64,000 nt of DNA from an uncultured bacterium. Its GTDB lineage: Bacteria > Babelota > Babeliae > Babelales > Vermiphilaceae. The notes beneath the pieces were generated by a model. That model worked only from the letters and a program-made list of their open reading frames with translations. It did not search any database and was not told where the DNA came from. Shown piece by piece: positions 61,505 through 64,000 of the stretch; the first letter of the stretch is position 1, and every line of letters begins with the position of its first letter. Made by a program: the position numbers and the translations under genes. The stretch lies in assembly GCA_963727255.1 (NCBI GenBank), contig CAVSFC010000002.1:320001-384000 (forward strand). The letters are read 5' to 3'.

Positions 61505-62242
61505 ATGAAAAAACTGATAATAAGTTTTCTTTTATTTGCTCAAACGCTTTGTGCTATGGAGCACGTTGCTATTGAAGTAAAGCCTGAAGTGGATGAAAAA
61601 CTTGCGCAAGCGCACAGGCTCAAAGCGTTGGAAAGCAAAGATGCTGAGTATCATATGAAAAATTCTCTCATTGATGCATTAATGCGCCCGCAAGTTCTTA
61701 ACGCTACTCAGGATTTAGTGAAATTTAATCATTATAAATATACTGAAATAATATATAGCAAGCCGTGGGCTGAAGTTATCAAAATTCTTGTAGAAGCAAG
61801 AGGGCGAGATAACTGGGCGAGCGCTAAATCACGATTTAATGAAATGCTGAGTACGAAACTTAAAAAACAAGATCTTCGCTTCAGCGAAACTGAAAAATAT
61901 GTGCTTCAGCTTATTAGTTTTAATAATTTTTGTGATAACCAAGATTATTTGCAATCAAACGAAATCATCTCAATCGCGGATCGCGAGCAGTTTGCCCAAA
62001 ATCGAATAGCTTATATAAAAGCATTATATGATCAGAATTATAAGGCTGTTGAAGATTGCAAGAAGGGCGAAATCGGAGTTGCTAATCAGTTGCCGTTGCA
62101 TGAATCATTGAATTTACAAAAGTTTGTGCTGCTTTTAAAAACAGGCGAAGCGCTGGCGATTGCTGAATTAGATAAAAGAATGCAAGCTGATATGGATGAA
62201 TATAAAAGGTGGATTCCGGCATTGCCCTGTATCATACAATAG
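61505..62242 (+). CDS. Secreted hypothetical protein with C-terminal CaaX motif
   Basis: AGGAGG RBS; MKKLIISFLLFAQTLCA-ME; ends PALPCIIQ. Confidence 0.75.
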   Translation: MKKLIISFLLFAQTLCAMEHVAIEVKPEVDEKLAQAHRLKALESKDAEYHMKNSLIDALMRPQVLNATQDLVKFNHYKYTEIIYSKPWAEVIKILVEARGRDNWASAKSRFNEMLSTKLKKQDLRFSETEKYVLQLISFNNFCDNQDYLQSNEIISIADREQFAQNRIAYIKALYDQNYKAVEDCKKGEIGVANQLPLHESLNLQKFVLLLKTGEALAIAELDKRMQADMDEYKRWIPALPCIIQ

Positions 62243-62256
62243 TTTAAGAAAAAAAT

Positions 62257-63441
62257 ATGGATATTAAAAAACAATTAGAAATCATAAAATCAAGTACCAG
62301 TTCGGTGATTCCCGAAGCTGATTTGATTAAAAAATTAGAGCGGGGAGTTCCCCTGCGCATAAAACTTGGCATGGATCCAACGGCGCCAGATCTGCATCTT
62401 GGGCATGCGGTGGTGCTTTCTAAGATGAAGCAATTGCAAGATCTTGGGCACGATGTAATTTTTCTCATTGGTGATTTTACGGCACGGATTGGTGATCCAA
62501 CGGGCAAATCAAAAACGCGCCCGCCGCTTACTGAGAAAGAGATTGAAAGCAATACCCGCACCTATTTTGAGCAAGTAACTAAAATTTTGGATCCAAAAAA
62601 ACTCACCGTTGTTTATAATTCTGAATGGCTGAATGCGGTGAGCATTAAAGATATGGTAAAACTCTGCGCAAAAGTTACTTTAGCGCGGCTCACTGAGAGG
62701 GAAGATTTTGCCAATCGCATTGAAAATAATCAGCCAATTAGCTTCCATGAGCTTTTATATCCTCTTTTTCAAGGATATGATTCGGTTGCTTTAAAAGCGG
62801 ATATTGAGCTTGGCGGTACCGATCAAACATTTAATTTGCTCATGGGCAGATATTTGCAAGAGCAGTATGGCCAAGAGCCGCAAGTAATTGTTACCACTCC
62901 ATTGCTCGAGGGGCTTGATGGCGGGCCAAAAATGTCAAAATCATTAGGTAATGCAATTGGATTAACCGAACCGGCTGATAAAGTTTTCGGTAAATTAATG
63001 TCAATCTCTGATGAGCTGATGTGGCATTATATGCATATTCTTTTGTATAAAACTGATGCTGAAATTGCACAGTATAAAAAACAGATTTCTGATGATGCAG
63101 CCCATCCTATGGATCTCAAGAAAAATATGGCGCATGCAATTGTTGCGCGTTTTTGGTCATCAAAAGAGGCAGATGCGGCTCAAGCGCAATTCGAAGCACT
63201 GTTCCAGAAAAAAGATTATTCCCAAGCAGTTGAAGTTTCCATCGAGCATAAAGAGATCTGGATTGTTGATCTATTAAAGGCTTTGAATGCAATTGGATCA
63301 TCATCAGAGGCCAAGCGTTTGATTGAGACTAAATCGGTCCATGTTGATGGTGCAGTGATTGATGATTTTAAAGCGATGATTCATCCGATTGCTGGCATGA
63401 TTATTAAGGTTGGCAAACATCGGATTTATAAGATAAAATGA
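62257..63441 (+). CDS. tyrS: Tyrosyl-tRNA synthetase
   Basis: [44 protein letters not shown]-terminal S4 domain. Confidence 0.97.
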   Translation: MDIKKQLEIIKSSTSSVIPEADLIKKLERGVPLRIKLGMDPTAPDLHLGHAVVLSKMKQLQDLGHDVIFLIGDFTARIGDPTGKSKTRPPLTEKEIESNTRTYFEQVTKILDPKKLTVVYNSEWLNAVSIKDMVKLCAKVTLARLTEREDFANRIENNQPISFHELLYPLFQGYDSVALKADIELGGTDQTFNLLMGRYLQEQYGQEPQVIVTTPLLEGLDGGPKMSKSLGNAIGLTEPADKVFGKLMSISDELMWHYMHILLYKTDAEIAQYKKQISDDAAHPMDLKKNMAHAIVARFWSSKEADAAQAQFEALFQKKDYSQAVEVSIEHKEIWIVDLLKALNAIGSSSEAKRLIETKSVHVDGAVIDDFKAMIHPIAGMIIKVGKHRIYKIK

Positions 63442-63593
63442 CCCGAAGGGGATCTAAGTTTTTTGTTAATAAAAAACCGCAATGAAATTGTTCGATGGGT
63501 TGGGAATTTTTATAAAGAAGATTTACTAGCCCTTTTATAGAAATTAATTATAGTGAGGGTGAAAATATTAACAATCATAAAAAGAGGCCATTT

Positions 63594-64000
63594 ATGAACA
63601 TGCTCAAAAAATACTGGCTTTTTACTTTTAACTATTCTCGTATCTCTTTCTGCAAAGGCAATGAATATTGTTGAAAAAGAAGAAAGAGAAGCCGATGCTG
63701 CTAAAGCAGAAAATGATGCACGAATCAGTACTTCACTATTAGATGCTTTTCTCAAAGCATCAAAAGATTCAATCCAATGTGCAGAACTAACTGATAAGAG
63801 TCCCGCACTTATCTTTAGCGATTATCGAGAACCAAGCAAAACGCATAGGCTTGATTTAGCAAGTGCCGCATTAATTCTTGCTCTTGCTCGGGACGAAATA
63901 AAAAAATATGATTTTGGGGCACCGAGTAGTATCAGTACGCTTAAAGAGTTGGCTTCCCAGCCTAATAAAAATGAAGGCGATTTCAACCTGCTTCAAATAG
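63594..64000 (+). CDS. Secreted hypothetical protein (partial, runs off the window end)
   Basis: Manual translation MNMLKKYWLFTLTILVSLSAKA-MNIVEKEERE...; open to the end of the window. Confidence 0.65.

Noticed and set aside
325..63755. Numerous 60-155 aa ORFs antisense to or nested in identified genes
   Set aside because: Shadow ORFs of well-supported genes, with no independent motif evidence.

Overview
AT-rich bacterial chromosome segment. Gene content resembles Candidatus Babelota (Dependentiae/TM6, intracellular parasites of protists): many signal-peptide ankyrin proteins, an archaeal-type ValRS and reduced housekeeping operons. This assignment is an inference from content, not a database match. 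Housekeeping genes: eno, aspS, nfo, infB, nusA, UDG, ComEC, two M16 peptidases, mutY, two photolyases, DEAD-box helicase, gatB, rne/rng, Pal/OmpA, mnmE, jag, tRNA-Gly, ruvA, ybeY, valS, tyrS. Many essential genes are split by indels in blocks, most likely long-read assembly errors. Highlights: (1) 24 putative exported proteins share a signal peptide followed by Met-Glu/Gln/Asn, a candidate undescribed effector export or host-processing signature. Their cargo includes Ank plus C-terminal F-box-like, WD40-RING, Skp1/BTB-LRR, PPP phosphatase, CaaX and NLS-like modules. (2) A likely oriC at about 11.2-11.5 kb has two mirror-image arrays of four phased variant DnaA boxes (mostly TTATCCACC) and a DnaA-trio/AT-rich unwinding element, with no dnaA nearby. 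(3) Nested palindromic REP/MITE families, including copies inside valS (in frame), gatB and the 3' end of jag. (4) FeS-less MutY and (6-4)-type photolyase, a stand-alone AsnRS-like catalytic domain, several pseudo-enzymes, a Val-Val leader peptide before valS and a 170-nt rod-like RNA candidate.
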